DNA of 64,000 nt from Chitinophagales bacterium (GTDB lineage Bacteria > Bacteroidota > Bacteroidia > Chitinophagales > Chitinophagaceae). A program made the translations under genes and the position numbers. Each line of letters opens with the position of its first letter. The stretch's first letter is position 1. Positions 42,501-48,600 of this stretch are shown piece by piece. Under the pieces are notes generated by a model. The model saw only the letters and a list, made by a program, of their open reading frames with translations, was not told where the DNA came from and did not search any database. The stretch covers positions 9,635 through 73,634 of the forward strand of contig JAAFIK010000020.1 of the NCBI GenBank assembly GCA_013298665.1, written 5' to 3'.

Positions 42501-45500
42501 GCAACAGGGCATTGGTCATGGTATGCTCGTGCCTGTGTGTATGCAGCGCAGTGCTGAAATGGTAATAGCCCTGCTTGCCGTACTCAGAACCGGTGCCGGT
42601 TTTATACCCATAGATCCGATATTTCCAAACGGACGCATCGCATATATGCTGGACAACGCAGGCTGTCGTTGCATCATCGCCGATACGCACGGAACAGCAC
42701 TGCTGCCGGATAATGCGGCCTTGCAGATACTCAATCCGGATCTGGCCACCGCTGATATTGCTGCAATGCCTGTGACGCCCCCCGCTTTCCGTCCCACGCC
42801 CGCAGACACGGCTTATGTTATTTATACCTCCGGCTCAACCGGTCTGCCCAAAGGCGTTGCCATCGGCCACCAGTCATTGGTCAACTTTATATATGCCATG
42901 AAACAGTTGCTGCAAACAGACCAGCACTGCCGCCTGTATTCGGTAACTACTTTCTGTTTCGACATTTTTTATCTCGAACTTTTCCTGCCATTGCTCTCCG
43001 GTGGCCAGGTCATCATTGCACAAAAAGATCAATTGCAGGATGGCGACCAGTTGAGGGCGGCATTGAACCGGTACCAGCCCACACACCTGCAGGCTGTACC
43101 CGTGATGTGGCAGATGCTGGTGAACAGCGGCTGGACGAATGAGGAGCAACTGGTCATCCTTACCGGCGGAGAGGCCATAAGCGAACACCTTAAAGATACA
43201 TTATGCAGATTGGGTACGCAGAAAGTCTGGAACCTTTATGGGCCAACAGAAACGACCATCTGGTCGGTAGCCGGTGAACTGCTTGCAAGTGAGCCCGTTA
43301 CCATCGGTAAGCCCATTGGTAATACACAGGTGTACATCACCAATGCAACAGGCCGGTTGCAACCCATCGGTGTGGCGGGGGAATTGCTCATAGGTGGGGA
43401 CGGACTTGCCAAAGCCTACCTCAACCGTCCCGATCTTACGGATGAGCGGTTTGCACCATTGCATATTGAGGGTATCGGCAACCGAAGGCTTTACCGTACA
43501 GGCGATCTTGCCAAATGGCTGCCTGACGGGCGCCTGATCTGTCTCGGGCGTACAGATGAGCAATTAAAAATAAATGGTTACCGTATTGAGCCGGGGGAAA
43601 TAGAAGCCTTACTGCTCCGGGTTACCGGCGTGGAGCAGGCTGTGGTAGTGATGCAGGAAGATCCGCAGCAGGGCAGACGCCTGGCGGGTTTTCTGGTAAC
43701 CGGTGCGGGTTACGACCAGTCGATGGTGGCAGCATACCTCAGCAGGTATATTCCCGGGTATATGATTCCAAGGATATTGGTCAGCCTGCCGCAACTGCCC
43801 CTCACGCCAAATGGCAAAATTGACCGGAAAGCATTGCAGCAGACACCCGCAGTACCCTCCGCTTCAACGGCATACGAAGCGGCTCAAACGAATACCGAAG
43901 AAGTACTGGTCAGGATATGGCAGGATATACTGGGGGTAACCCCGGTAGGCATACACGATAATTTCTTTGAACTGGGTGGGGATTCGATCATTGCCATACA
44001 GGTGGTGAGCCGCACCCGGCGGGCCGGGTACCCATTGTCACCCAGGGAGCTGTTTGAACATCCCACCATTGCAGGTCTGTCAGACTACTGGTCGTCGCGC
44101 ACCAGTCTTTCGGCATCACCCGCTGTGCAGGCACTCCCGGGCGAACCCTTTGGTTTACTGCCCGTCCAGCGCTGGTACCTGGAATCTGCTCCCGCTGTTC
44201 CTTCCCATTTTAACCAGGCCGTCCTGCTGTCGATCCGCAAGACCCTCACCCGCGGGCAGGTGCAGCAGGCCATTGATGCACTGGTACACCACCATGATGC
44301 CCTGCGGCTTTGTTTTACCTGTCATGACGGGCATTGGCAGCAAACCTATGGTGCTTCGCCCGTGGCATTGGGGCTTACCGATCTGCAAACCGTAAGCGCG
44401 GCTGATTTTACCGCCACCCTGGAGCAGCACAACGACCAGGTTCAGCACCAGCCCGACATCACCCGCGGGGAGTTGCTCCGGCCTGTACTGGTCCTTACCC
44501 CCGGCTTTGAAGCGGACAACCGTTTACTGCTGGTCATTCATCACCTGGTGATTGATGGGGTATCCTGGCGTATCCTGCTCGAAGACCTTTCGCAACTGCT
44601 TGTTCGTGCCGATGCGTTGCTGCCGGCAAAGACGGCACCCCTGCACCACTGGCTGAGTACCCTTTGGGCTTATGGGCAGCAGGCTGCTGTACAGGCAGAA
44701 GAAGCCTGGTGGACAAGCGTATTGTCGCAATACCGGCCGCTGCCCACCGATCATGATTATCCTGCCCCCTTAGTTTTTGAAGACCTTTCAACCTGCCATA
44801 TCCGGCTTGATGCCGGTCATACCCAATCGCTGCTGCATGCGCTTCCATCAATCTTCCATACCCGTGTCAACGACGTACTGCTGGCTGCACTGGGTACCGC
44901 ACTCTGTTCTTTTGGTGATTGTACGCAGGTGGTGGTGGGTCTTGAAGGCCACGGCCGCGAGCAGGTGGCAGGCGATACCGATATCAGCCGTACGGTGGGT
45001 TGGTTTACGCAGATGTACCCGGTATTGCTGGGTGGAAGTAATGGCAATCCCGGTGATACGCTCAAAAATACCAAGGAGCAATTGCGGCGGGTACCGGGTA
45101 AGGGTATGGGGTATATGGTGCTGAAATATCTTACAGGATCAGCAGCTCTGCAGCAGGGAAGCGGCTGGGATGTGGTGTTCAATTACCTGGGTCAGTTGGA
45201 CAATGCAGCCGGGGACAATGATTTGTGGTGTATTGCACCGGAATCTGCGGGTAATACGATCAGCGGACTGAACGGCACGGGCTACCGGCTGATCATCAAC
45301 AGTATGGTCGAGGGTGGTGAGTTGCGGATGAACTGGTTGTACAGCCGCCGCCATTATGACCATGCAACGATAGAAGGGCTTGCGCAGTTGTATGTGCGTT
45401 CGCTTGAAGCACTGGTTGATTACTGCCTGTTGCAGGATAAGCCTGTGTTCACGCCCTCGGATTATGGTATAGGCGATGCCGTGAATTATGAAGAACTTGA

Positions 45501-45546
45501 TGCATTCATGGATGATAATGAAACCGATGATGTGATGACCTTCTGA
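27391..45546 (+). CDS. NRPS-2: dock-C-A-T-C-A(MT)-T-C-A-T-E-C-A-A-T-E (6051 aa)
   Basis: C motifs HHIAFDGWS (x2), HHIAFDAWS and HHMIMDGWS. Five A cores (YTSGSTG[KRQNL]PKG). T cores GGHSL (x2) and GGDSI (x2). E motifs HHLVIDGVSW (x2). No carrier domain between the 4th and 5th A domains. Confidence 0.95.
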   Translation: MTAQHILSVIKTAEAAGIAFFVEDGVLRIRKSKGVVLSEALLREVQAYKQEILTHLSGQDGAPDTRHYKITPASPATGYLPLSFAQERLWFIHHLHGSVQYHLPWVYRLNGRVDRERLANAFLTIIERHTILRTVIAEAEGEPYAVCRPAHEWRMGYRKEALTAAEKYAAADAFVRTPFDLTADFPLRVLLISTGEEEHMLVGVVHHIAFDGWSVGILIQELTALYQNPLAQLPLLPIQYSDFAAWQKQTISDDVITQQAAYWKENLAAVQSCALLTDFVRPAVERHTGAVVSIPISKPLTEALAALSRQEGVTLFMTLLAAYQVLLYRYTGQTDTCVGTPVAGRRQEEVEGLIGFFVNTLPLRNPVNAGDTFRDILLRVKQAALGAYENQDISFERIVEELALTRDLSRSPIFQVMFALQQEVPRSIQLGDVQGLAESPATITAQYDLSLEATQTPDGLIFSLTYCTALYKAATAMGMLDHYVNLLEAVVADAGQEAGQLSMLTADEQHQLLYRFNDTAMPIPEPCSIIAWFHQQVLHRPSATALVFDGEVFCYRQLDEQSNQLAHYLRQSGIKQHDLIPVAMQRSTTMIITLLAVLKTGAAFIPVDPVFPEDRVQYMLEDAQCRWMITHDACQDLAAYHGQATIINTDTCSAAIAGMPQSPLHTTAAADDLVYTIYTSGSTGKPKGVMIEQRSLVNFIMAMQRLLHTGPDCAFYAVTTFCFDIFYLEMFLPLLSGGKLILADRETVQDGYRLRKALAQHRPTHMQAVPAMWRLLLDCDWCNEENIQVLVGGEAVSVPLKEELTRLCQQPVWNLYGPTETTIWSTAGLLPAGDVVTIGRPIGNTQVYITDAQLGLQPIGVPGELYIGGNGLARGYLNRPELTAEKFIIHSFDEQAHSHQRIYRTGDIAKWLPDGRLVYLGRADEQVKIRGYRIEPGEIEALLLQAAGVRQTVVLAQEDSRQERQLVAFIVPDEHYTQPDIIQYLQKHLPAYMVPAIWVTVPHIPQTPNGKADRKALLNNTVMPLATREYAEARNSTEEMLVAIWQDTLGVAQVGIHDNFFELGGHSLQAMRIISAIRKRMGKEIPVKMLFQFPAIALLAPRLSDTHEGDVLPSIATRTRDTVIPLSFAQERLWFIDRLQGTVQYHMPRVFYIRGRLDVAALEAAFTMILRRHEVLRTVIHTAEGRGEQKILAMDNWAVTHVSAGANGLMDKHAVSSHIRRCIEEPFDLGRDSMLRVMLITAGVDDYVLVVCAHHIAFDGWSIDIMQREWIACYRGLSSGGQIDLPVLPVQYADYAIWQRQYLAGHVLETKLAYWKKQLEGLQPLALPADYTRPAAQGTLAGHVHTPIPPSLVDALGKISQAAGATLFMSMATLLNLLLHRYTNQEDIAIGSPVANRNQPELEGLIGFFVNSIVLRNTVSSTLSFLDLLGRVKAVTMEAYAHQDTPFEKIVEAVVKDRDRSRNPVFQVMLLLQDAAAMTLPEDCLGDGLRLTDDGEDHVANKFDLVFTITEGTAAVDLGITYNAELFAQATIERMGRHFVALLASAVQQPESPAGELPMLDKAETDLLLRVYNDTAVSYPAAATVIDWFEAQVQRTPGATAVVFEQVSLSYQALNACVNQLAAHLRSLGVQQEVLVPVCLNRSINMIAGILGILKAGAAYVPVDPEYPEERIRFMLEDTAAKWILTTSDLSLPLSEDQSAINLDLLWPQISHLDTHNPVRLAEPGNLAYVIYTSGSTGRPKGVMIEHAGLFNRLAWAQGQYALTPEDIVLQKTTFCFDVSVWELIWPLLTGASLVLAKPGGHKDSAYLRQVCADRGITLMHFVPAMLEVFLADIRAGDCATLKKILCSGEALTPSQVKLCKEKLPGVALHNLYGPTEASIDVTYWAAPTAAADITTVPIGKPVANTRLYILDQRGRLMHAGGIGELCIAGIQVARGYLNLPELTAEKFMPDPFYPAAGAAGRMYRTGDLARWQQDGNIAFLGRNDDQVKIRGFRIELGEIEYALSTAAGVSGVKVIARAAQPGEDKQLLGYIQVDHLQRPLLYNYQTLVRTGAVNGADLRILPNGLPLLHANPNEVDFLYREIFAEQCYLRHGISLQADSCVFDVGANIGCFTVFLNLLHPGITVYSFEPIPAVFTYLHQNRYLYDVRGKAFPIALLESEQDISFTYYPQMSIVSGIGSNQDAVKEVVSAYATSSGADLAPAEMEALLAAKLTHQQVTSHARTLSQVISDEGITRIDLLKIDVENSEHLVLQGILDADWQKINSLVVEVHDVDGRVAAIMDMLVGRGFTVHAEKEEILSRTHGLYNLYAVRDTNAKGLVMQDSTPHRRIQEWESPHDFTRRLHGHLEQQLPPYMLPAQWILMDRFPITANGKIDKTALPFPAQEPGNHPHVLPRTIMETQLADLWQGLLNRKTIGAYDDFFECGGHSLLAMRLVAAIRRVLLREMPVRTVFDHPVLADLAVLLEQMPASILPPVAIREPGKKNPLSFYQERLWFAGQLHGNQPYLMPWLFSIQGMLNIPALEEAFRRVIARHEILRTVIREADGIGYQLIRDHTLAVMNHVTAGSILEMGYAGTGAYLDALAGETFDLANDDVLRITLIRETADAYLLFLVVHHIAFDAWSVAIMVEELTHIYNAICEGDTPVLKPLPVQYADYACWQRTYFNAAVLQERMAWWQQQLAGVEPLALLTDFPRPDKPGFDGAVVSAITSKEFQQQLTDFCRQEGVTLFMVLLTALKALLYRYTGQQDICVGTSVAARQQPELESLIGFFVNTLALRSEVEGNHAFRTLLQQVRATTLSAYEYQDVPFEKVVEALGVERELNRNPLFEVILVLENTPPAGALNFGAAQLRPVDYGTAAAKFELTVGIAETENGLLLNMVYRRDLFRAETMTTMLDHYITLLMTGVANAGTAINDCLRINPLTGTAGGSVLHTAVACPAGITVPEMFARQVQRVPEQVALVFRQQSLTYRELDRRANQWAHYLQKLGVGAEQPVPVCMERGMDMLTGILAVMKAGGAYVPVDPDFPDGRIRYILEDTMPGVVLTGGTEAERIAQIIAGSGMPGGTRVVDTDTDEHVISIQPTTAPDAGIDETNLAYMIYTSGSTGQPKGVMIEHRHLIDYVHGLRAAIALDACRSFALVSTPAADLGNTVIYGALLSGATLHICPREMVSNGSLLMDYFQEQAIDCLKIVPSHWKALCIGQELLLPQKLLIFGGEALPKQVAESISAAGYSCTVVNHYGPTETTIGKLLHQYVPGTLYGRHIPIGQPFSDTQVYVLSPDAAICPVGIPGEICIAGAGVARGYYQQPGLTAEKFIANPFAGGHEGGRLYKTGDRGRLLPDGNIEYLGRTDDQVKIRGYRVEPGEIEQALLQLPFVNEAVVLVKEDDKNEKRLAAFVVTATPFSRDIIMDALRTRLPEYMIPPILLTVDAVPLTANGKVNRKLLLDMDTAVLPQAGFAAPRNDIETTLTTLWQELLEADRVGIHDNFFELGGDSIIAIQVVSRARRSGYELQVGDIFEYQTIAGLSDYWSSRTSLSASPAVQALPGEPFGLLPIQRWYLESAPAVPSHFNQAVLLSIRKTLTPGQVQQAIDALVHHHDALRLCFTCHDGHWQQTYGASPVALGLTDLQTVSAADFTATLEQHNDQVQHQPDITRGELLRPVLVLTPGFEADNRLLLVIHHLVIDGVSWRILLEDLSQLLVRADALLPAKTAPLHHWLSTLWAYGQQAAVQAEEAWWTSVLSQYRPLPTDHDYPAPLVFEDLSTCHIRLDAGHTQSLLHALPSIFHTRVNDVLLAALGTALCSFGDCTQVVVGLEGHGREQVAGDTDISRTVGWFTQMYPVLLGGSNGNPGDTLKNTKEQLRRVPGKGMGYMVLKYLTGSAALQQGSGWDVVFNYLGQLDNAAGDNDLWCIAPESAGNTISGLNGTGYRLIINSMVEGGELRMNWLYSRRHYDHATIEGLAQLYVRSLEALVDYCLLQDKPVFTPSDYGIGDAVNYEELDAFLAAGEGGSTRGDQIETMYRLSALQQGMLFHSLYEGRAGIYAEQFSCVFTGLNEEWFVRCWNRLLQQHTILRTAFYHDVFDIPVQCVCKEISLPLSVHDFSHFPAAIGEEKCRVYALEDRERGFRLDKAPLMRLSLLKLGDGHCRMVWTYHHMIMDGWSLPVLMESFLNSYEALAAGRLPRILPEDRYEEYIRFMERRNTQREEAFWREYMAGVAGPVLLPFCETAERNKGVGIYGMSSCVLDAAVTAAVQAFAQQHHITINTLVQGIWAYLLYRYTGQHDIVYGVTVSGRPDDMARIEHRVGMYINTIPLHAVIAEDQAWADWLQGVQQGQLSARVHQYAALNDIQRWINQPGDLFDTVLVYENYPVNQVLSSGKWRLQTTDIRQEGKTNYLLYMIAQVTTTINIQFHYNSSLLPAVYAGQINADFTRVLTQVVSVPGMLLADTVLFSTAAPEAETNPSAADGYANIYSGSIVECFGKQAAQKPDAIALVFEDNQWSYRELDERSNQLAHYLRDTGVAEQTIVPVCMDRSATLIITILAILKAGGTYVPVDPAYPAHRIRHMLEDTGSTLLLTGVHLPAGIDDLQDFRIISINTLAGHLSEQPMTPLCGKAAPDSLACILYTSGSTGNPKGVMVSHSNIVSLVYGMDAMRPEPGDVLLATGSPAFDATTYEYWGTLLNGARLVICSHETLLDGTLLHTVVQQQRVNKMWFTSGWFNQLVETVPELFAALGAVIVGGDRLSAHHIRRLQVLYPRLQMFNGYGPTENTTFSTIYAIPPAYAHDAVPIGRAIAYRSAFVLDHCRRICPPGVPGELYVGGAGLSKGYWRQETLTAERFLTMANLGRLYRTGDKALQQADGNIIFLGRTDDQVKIRGYRVEPGEIEAVLLKADGVVQAAVVLTPDAAGVKRLVAYVVPQTMYDVHALCHHLREHLPGYMVPHTIVALPELPLTGNGKVDRKTLAVMAAAPQQPATPFAILTPEERTLLLHQFNDTDMLYPRDKTLIDLLDEQAAMTPDAPALLFDIQQLSYGSLVRHSNQLAHYLLQQGIGHGMLVPVCMQRSAEMVIALLAVLRTGAGFIPIDPIFPNGRIAYMLDNAGCRCIIADTHGTALLPDNAALQILNPDLATADIAAMPVTPPAFRPTPADTAYVIYTSGSTGLPKGVAIGHQSLVNFIYAMKQLLQTDQHCRLYSVTTFCFDIFYLELFLPLLSGGQVIIAQKDQLQDGDQLRAALNRYQPTHLQAVPVMWQMLVNSGWTNEEQLVILTGGEAISEHLKDTLCRLGTQKVWNLYGPTETTIWSVAGELLASEPVTIGKPIGNTQVYITNATGRLQPIGVAGELLIGGDGLAKAYLNRPDLTDERFAPLHIEGIGNRRLYRTGDLAKWLPDGRLICLGRTDEQLKINGYRIEPGEIEALLLRVTGVEQAVVVMQEDPQQGRRLAGFLVTGAGYDQSMVAAYLSRYIPGYMIPRILVSLPQLPLTPNGKIDRKALQQTPAVPSASTAYEAAQTNTEEVLVRIWQDILGVTPVGIHDNFFELGGDSIIAIQVVSRTRRAGYPLSPRELFEHPTIAGLSDYWSSRTSLSASPAVQALPGEPFGLLPVQRWYLESAPAVPSHFNQAVLLSIRKTLTRGQVQQAIDALVHHHDALRLCFTCHDGHWQQTYGASPVALGLTDLQTVSAADFTATLEQHNDQVQHQPDITRGELLRPVLVLTPGFEADNRLLLVIHHLVIDGVSWRILLEDLSQLLVRADALLPAKTAPLHHWLSTLWAYGQQAAVQAEEAWWTSVLSQYRPLPTDHDYPAPLVFEDLSTCHIRLDAGHTQSLLHALPSIFHTRVNDVLLAALGTALCSFGDCTQVVVGLEGHGREQVAGDTDISRTVGWFTQMYPVLLGGSNGNPGDTLKNTKEQLRRVPGKGMGYMVLKYLTGSAALQQGSGWDVVFNYLGQLDNAAGDNDLWCIAPESAGNTISGLNGTGYRLIINSMVEGGELRMNWLYSRRHYDHATIEGLAQLYVRSLEALVDYCLLQDKPVFTPSDYGIGDAVNYEELDAFMDDNETDDVMTF
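33500..34340 (+). other. FkbM-family methyltransferase domain inserted in the second A domain of NRPS-2, between cores A8 and A9 (approximate bounds)
   Basis: VFDVGANIGCFTVFL (SAM-binding GxNxG) and RIDLLKIDVENSEHLVLQG are hallmark FkbM/Methyltransf_21 blocks. Flanked by KIRGFRIELGEIE (A8) upstream and LPPYMLP...ANGKIDK (A9/A10) downstream. Confidence 0.8.
37936..39374 (+). repeat. E-domain repeat copy 1 (NRPS-2 module 3 epimerase)
   Basis: 1439 bp matching 44065..45503 at a constant offset of 6129 bp (in frame). About 8 mismatches are visible, all within the first ~310 bp. I found no mismatch from about 38250 to 39374. Confidence 0.9.
40790..42250 (+). other. NRPS-2 fourth A domain, Val-like code, not followed by a carrier domain (approximate bounds)
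   Basis: Cores LYTSGSTGNPKG, NGYGPTENTT, GELYVGGAGLSKGY, YRTGD, GRTDDQVKIRGYRVEPGEIE and LPLTGNGKVDRK (A10 at 42222-42245). Hand-extracted code DAYWIGGTFK. Confidence 0.8.
42301..43840 (+). other. NRPS-2 fifth A domain, Gly code, beginning with a C-A-linker-like motif 18 codons after the previous A10 (approximate bounds)
   Basis: LTPEERTLLLHQFNDT (42301-42348) parallels LTADEQHQLLYRFNDT at the C1-A1 junction. Cores IYTSGSTGLPKG, NLYGPTETTIWS, YRTGD and TPNGKIDRK. Hand-extracted code DILQLGLIWK. The A8 core reads KING instead of KIRG. Confidence 0.8.
44065..45503 (+). repeat. E-domain repeat copy 2 (NRPS-2 terminal epimerase)
   Basis: See copy 1. Several minus-strand shadow ORFs are amino-acid identical between the copies (38395..38625 = 44524..44754, 38648..38995 = 44777..45124 and others). 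Identity ends at 39375/45504, where copy 1 continues into a C domain and copy 2 into the tail MDDNETDDVMTF-stop. Confidence 0.9.
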
Positions 45547-45626
45547 CCTGAAAATGGTCTTCCCGGCACAAATGCCGGGGATAAAATTATTCGCTGCACT
45601 TATCACTAAGAAAAAATACAACAACA

Positions 45627-48600
45627 ATGGATAACCTGGAATCTACGACCATGACCGGTCAGCAGTCTGCCGGAGATAATGGCAGTATAGCAACCCTGTC
45701 TCCCGGCGGGCAAAGCCTCGTACAAATATTCACCCGTCAGGTGCAGCAGCATCCTGCCGCAGTGGCACTGCTGATGGGTAAGGAGAAAATGACATATCAG
45801 GAACTTGATCAACGCAGCAACCAGGTGGCTCATGGTCTGCGGTTGCAGGGTGTTCGGCCGGGTGACGCCATCGGGTTGCTGTCTGAGCGTGGTACAGCCA
45901 TGGTGGTCAGTTTGTGGGGCATACTGAAAGCCGGGGGTATTTATGTACCCCTTAGCACTAGTTATCCTGCCGAACGTTTGCAGTACATGGTGCGGGATGC
46001 CGGGGTTACCTGTATTGTACACACCGCCGAAAGCCTGCTTGATCAGTTGGGATTGCCGGATCATGGCCTTACGCTTGATGAATACGATTGCCGGTTTTAT
46101 CCGGTTACCCCTGTTGAAGATGCCACCACAGCAGCGGCAGGAGCATATATCATGTACACCTCCGGCTCTACGGGCAAACCCAAGGGTATACTGGTTACAC
46201 ATGCCAATATTGTTCAACTGGTATTTGACCCCGGTCCGATCAGGATACTGCCGGGCGATCGTGTACTCCAGTGGTCTGACTATGCATTTGACGGGTCTGT
46301 TTATGACATGTTTGGCAGTTTACTGAATGGCGCCTGTCTCTGTCTTGTCCGGGGCAATACCTCAGATGTTTATGCCCTTGGCCGGTTGATTGCTGAACAG
46401 GAAGTCAGTCTCGCTTTTTTCACTACCGCTTTACTGAATAATTTTGCAGATGCCTGCCCGGAAGCACTCCGGGATATGCGGAAGGTGTTGTTTGGCGGGG
46501 AAGAGGCTTCGGTTGCGCATGTACGCAACATACTGGAGGTGCTCGGTCCGGGAAAACTGGTACACGTGTACGGACCTACAGAAACAACGGTTTTTGCCAC
46601 CGCTTATGCTGTCAATACCATTGAGGCAGAGCAATACATCCCTATTGGTAAGCCGCTGAAGGATGCCCGTATTCTTTTGCTGGGTGCAGATGGACATCCG
46701 GTGTCTGCGGGGTCGCCCGGGGAGATATGTATCGGTGGTGGTGGCGTATCGGCCGGGTACCTGCGTAATGAAACCCTGACTGCGGAGAAATTTGTGCACC
46801 GGAACGGAGCGCGCTATTACCATTCCGGCGATCTTGCCCGTGAAGATGAAGCGGGGAACCTCATTTTTATGGGCAGGATAGACGGGCAGATCAAACTGCG
46901 CGGATACCGTATTGAACCCGGAGAGATTGAAGCCCTGCTCCTGCAATGCCCGGGTGTACAGCAGGCAGTTGTTTTACTGCATACTACAGGAGAAACGCAT
47001 AAAAAACTGGCCGGGTTCTTAGTCACCGGCAATGGGTATGATAAGGCTGCCATGCTCGATGTTGTACAAGGGCAATTGCCTGCCTGGATGATCCCTGCTG
47101 TATGGATGGAACTGCCCCATATACCGTTGACGCCTAACGGAAAAACTGATCGTGCAGCGCTCATACACCTCTTGTCTGCCCCCGATAAGGAACAGGAAAC
47201 CGCAGACACCCGATCCGTTGCCGAAGAAGTATTTACGCAAATATGGCAGGATACGCTGGGTATCCGGCGGGTAGGTATAACAGATAATTTTTTCGATTTG
47301 GGGGGGGACTCGATTATCTCAATACAGGTCGTAAGCCGGGCAAGAAAAGCGGGCTACAATTTATCCCCCAAAGATATATTTGAGTATCCAACCATTCGCG
47401 CGCTTGCAGCATACTGGCAGTCGGAAGACAGACCCGGGCCCGGAGAAAGGGAGCAAGGGCTGCTGACAGGCCTATGCGGATTGCTGCCCGTGCAGCACTG
47501 GTATTTTGAACAGGGCCTGGCACGACATTCCCATTTTAACCAGGCAGTACTGCTCGGCATCGGTAAACCGGTTACGCAGGATCAACTGCAGCAAATATAT
47601 ACCCGGCTGACCGACCACCACGACGCACTCCGTTTTGTCTTTACCCCGCAGAACGGAGGGTGGGAGCAGGTATACGGCAATCCGGAGCTCCGGTTGCAGG
47701 TGATTGATATGGAAGCTGTTGCTGCCGGGGATTTTGCAGCCACCCTTCTTGCACACAGCAACAGTATACAGGAAAGCCTGTGTATAGAAACCGGTGAACT
47801 CTTCAGGATGGTATTGTTCAACACACCCGCTTTTGAGCAACAGAACCGGTTGTTACTGGTTATCCATCACCTGGTGGTAGACGGGGTTTCCTGGCGCATC
47901 CTTATCGAAGATATCGAACGCCTGCTGGATAACCCGGCTGCTGCACTGCCGCCCAAAACGGCCTCCTGTCGCGACTGGCAGGAGGCACTCCTTTATTATG
48001 CCCGGCAAAAAACCGTGCAGGAAGAAGCACACTACTGGGCAGAAACAATCGCCACCGCTGAACGCCTGCCCACTGATTATACTTACGAAACACCCCTGGT
48101 GCAGGATGATATGCAGCAGTATTGCATCCGCCTCAGTGCCGCTTCCACAAAGGCCCTGCTGCAGGATATCCCCGCTCTCTTTCATACCGGTATCAACGAT
48201 ATCCTGCTGACGGCACTGGGGATATCGGTTTGTGCATTCGCTGGAACCAGCCAGGTAGTGATCGGGCTCGAAGGCCATGGCCGTGAATCCATCGCGGGGG
48301 ATATTGACCTGAGCCGTACCGTGGGTTGGTTCACCAGTTTGTACCCCCTGCGGCTGGAGGTTCAGGACAAAAATCCAGTTGAGGTATTGAAGCATACCAA
48401 GGAACAGTTGCGCAGGGTACCCGGGAGGGGTATGGGCTATATGGTGCTGAAATACCTGCAGCGTTTACCCGGATTGCAGGGGCCGGACTGCTGGGATCTG
48501 CTGTTCAACTATCTCGGGCAACTGGATCGTGTCGCCACAGGTCATGGCCCGCTTTCAGTAGTACAGGAATCTGCAGGTCAGAATACTGCTGCTGCCAACA

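Noticed and set aside
45562-45579. A 7-bp hairpin (cccggca caaa tgccggg) in the 80-nt gap between NRPS-2 and NRPS-3, considered as a terminator.
   Set aside because: The stem is short and has no following T-tract. It sits between genes that are almost certainly co-transcribed.
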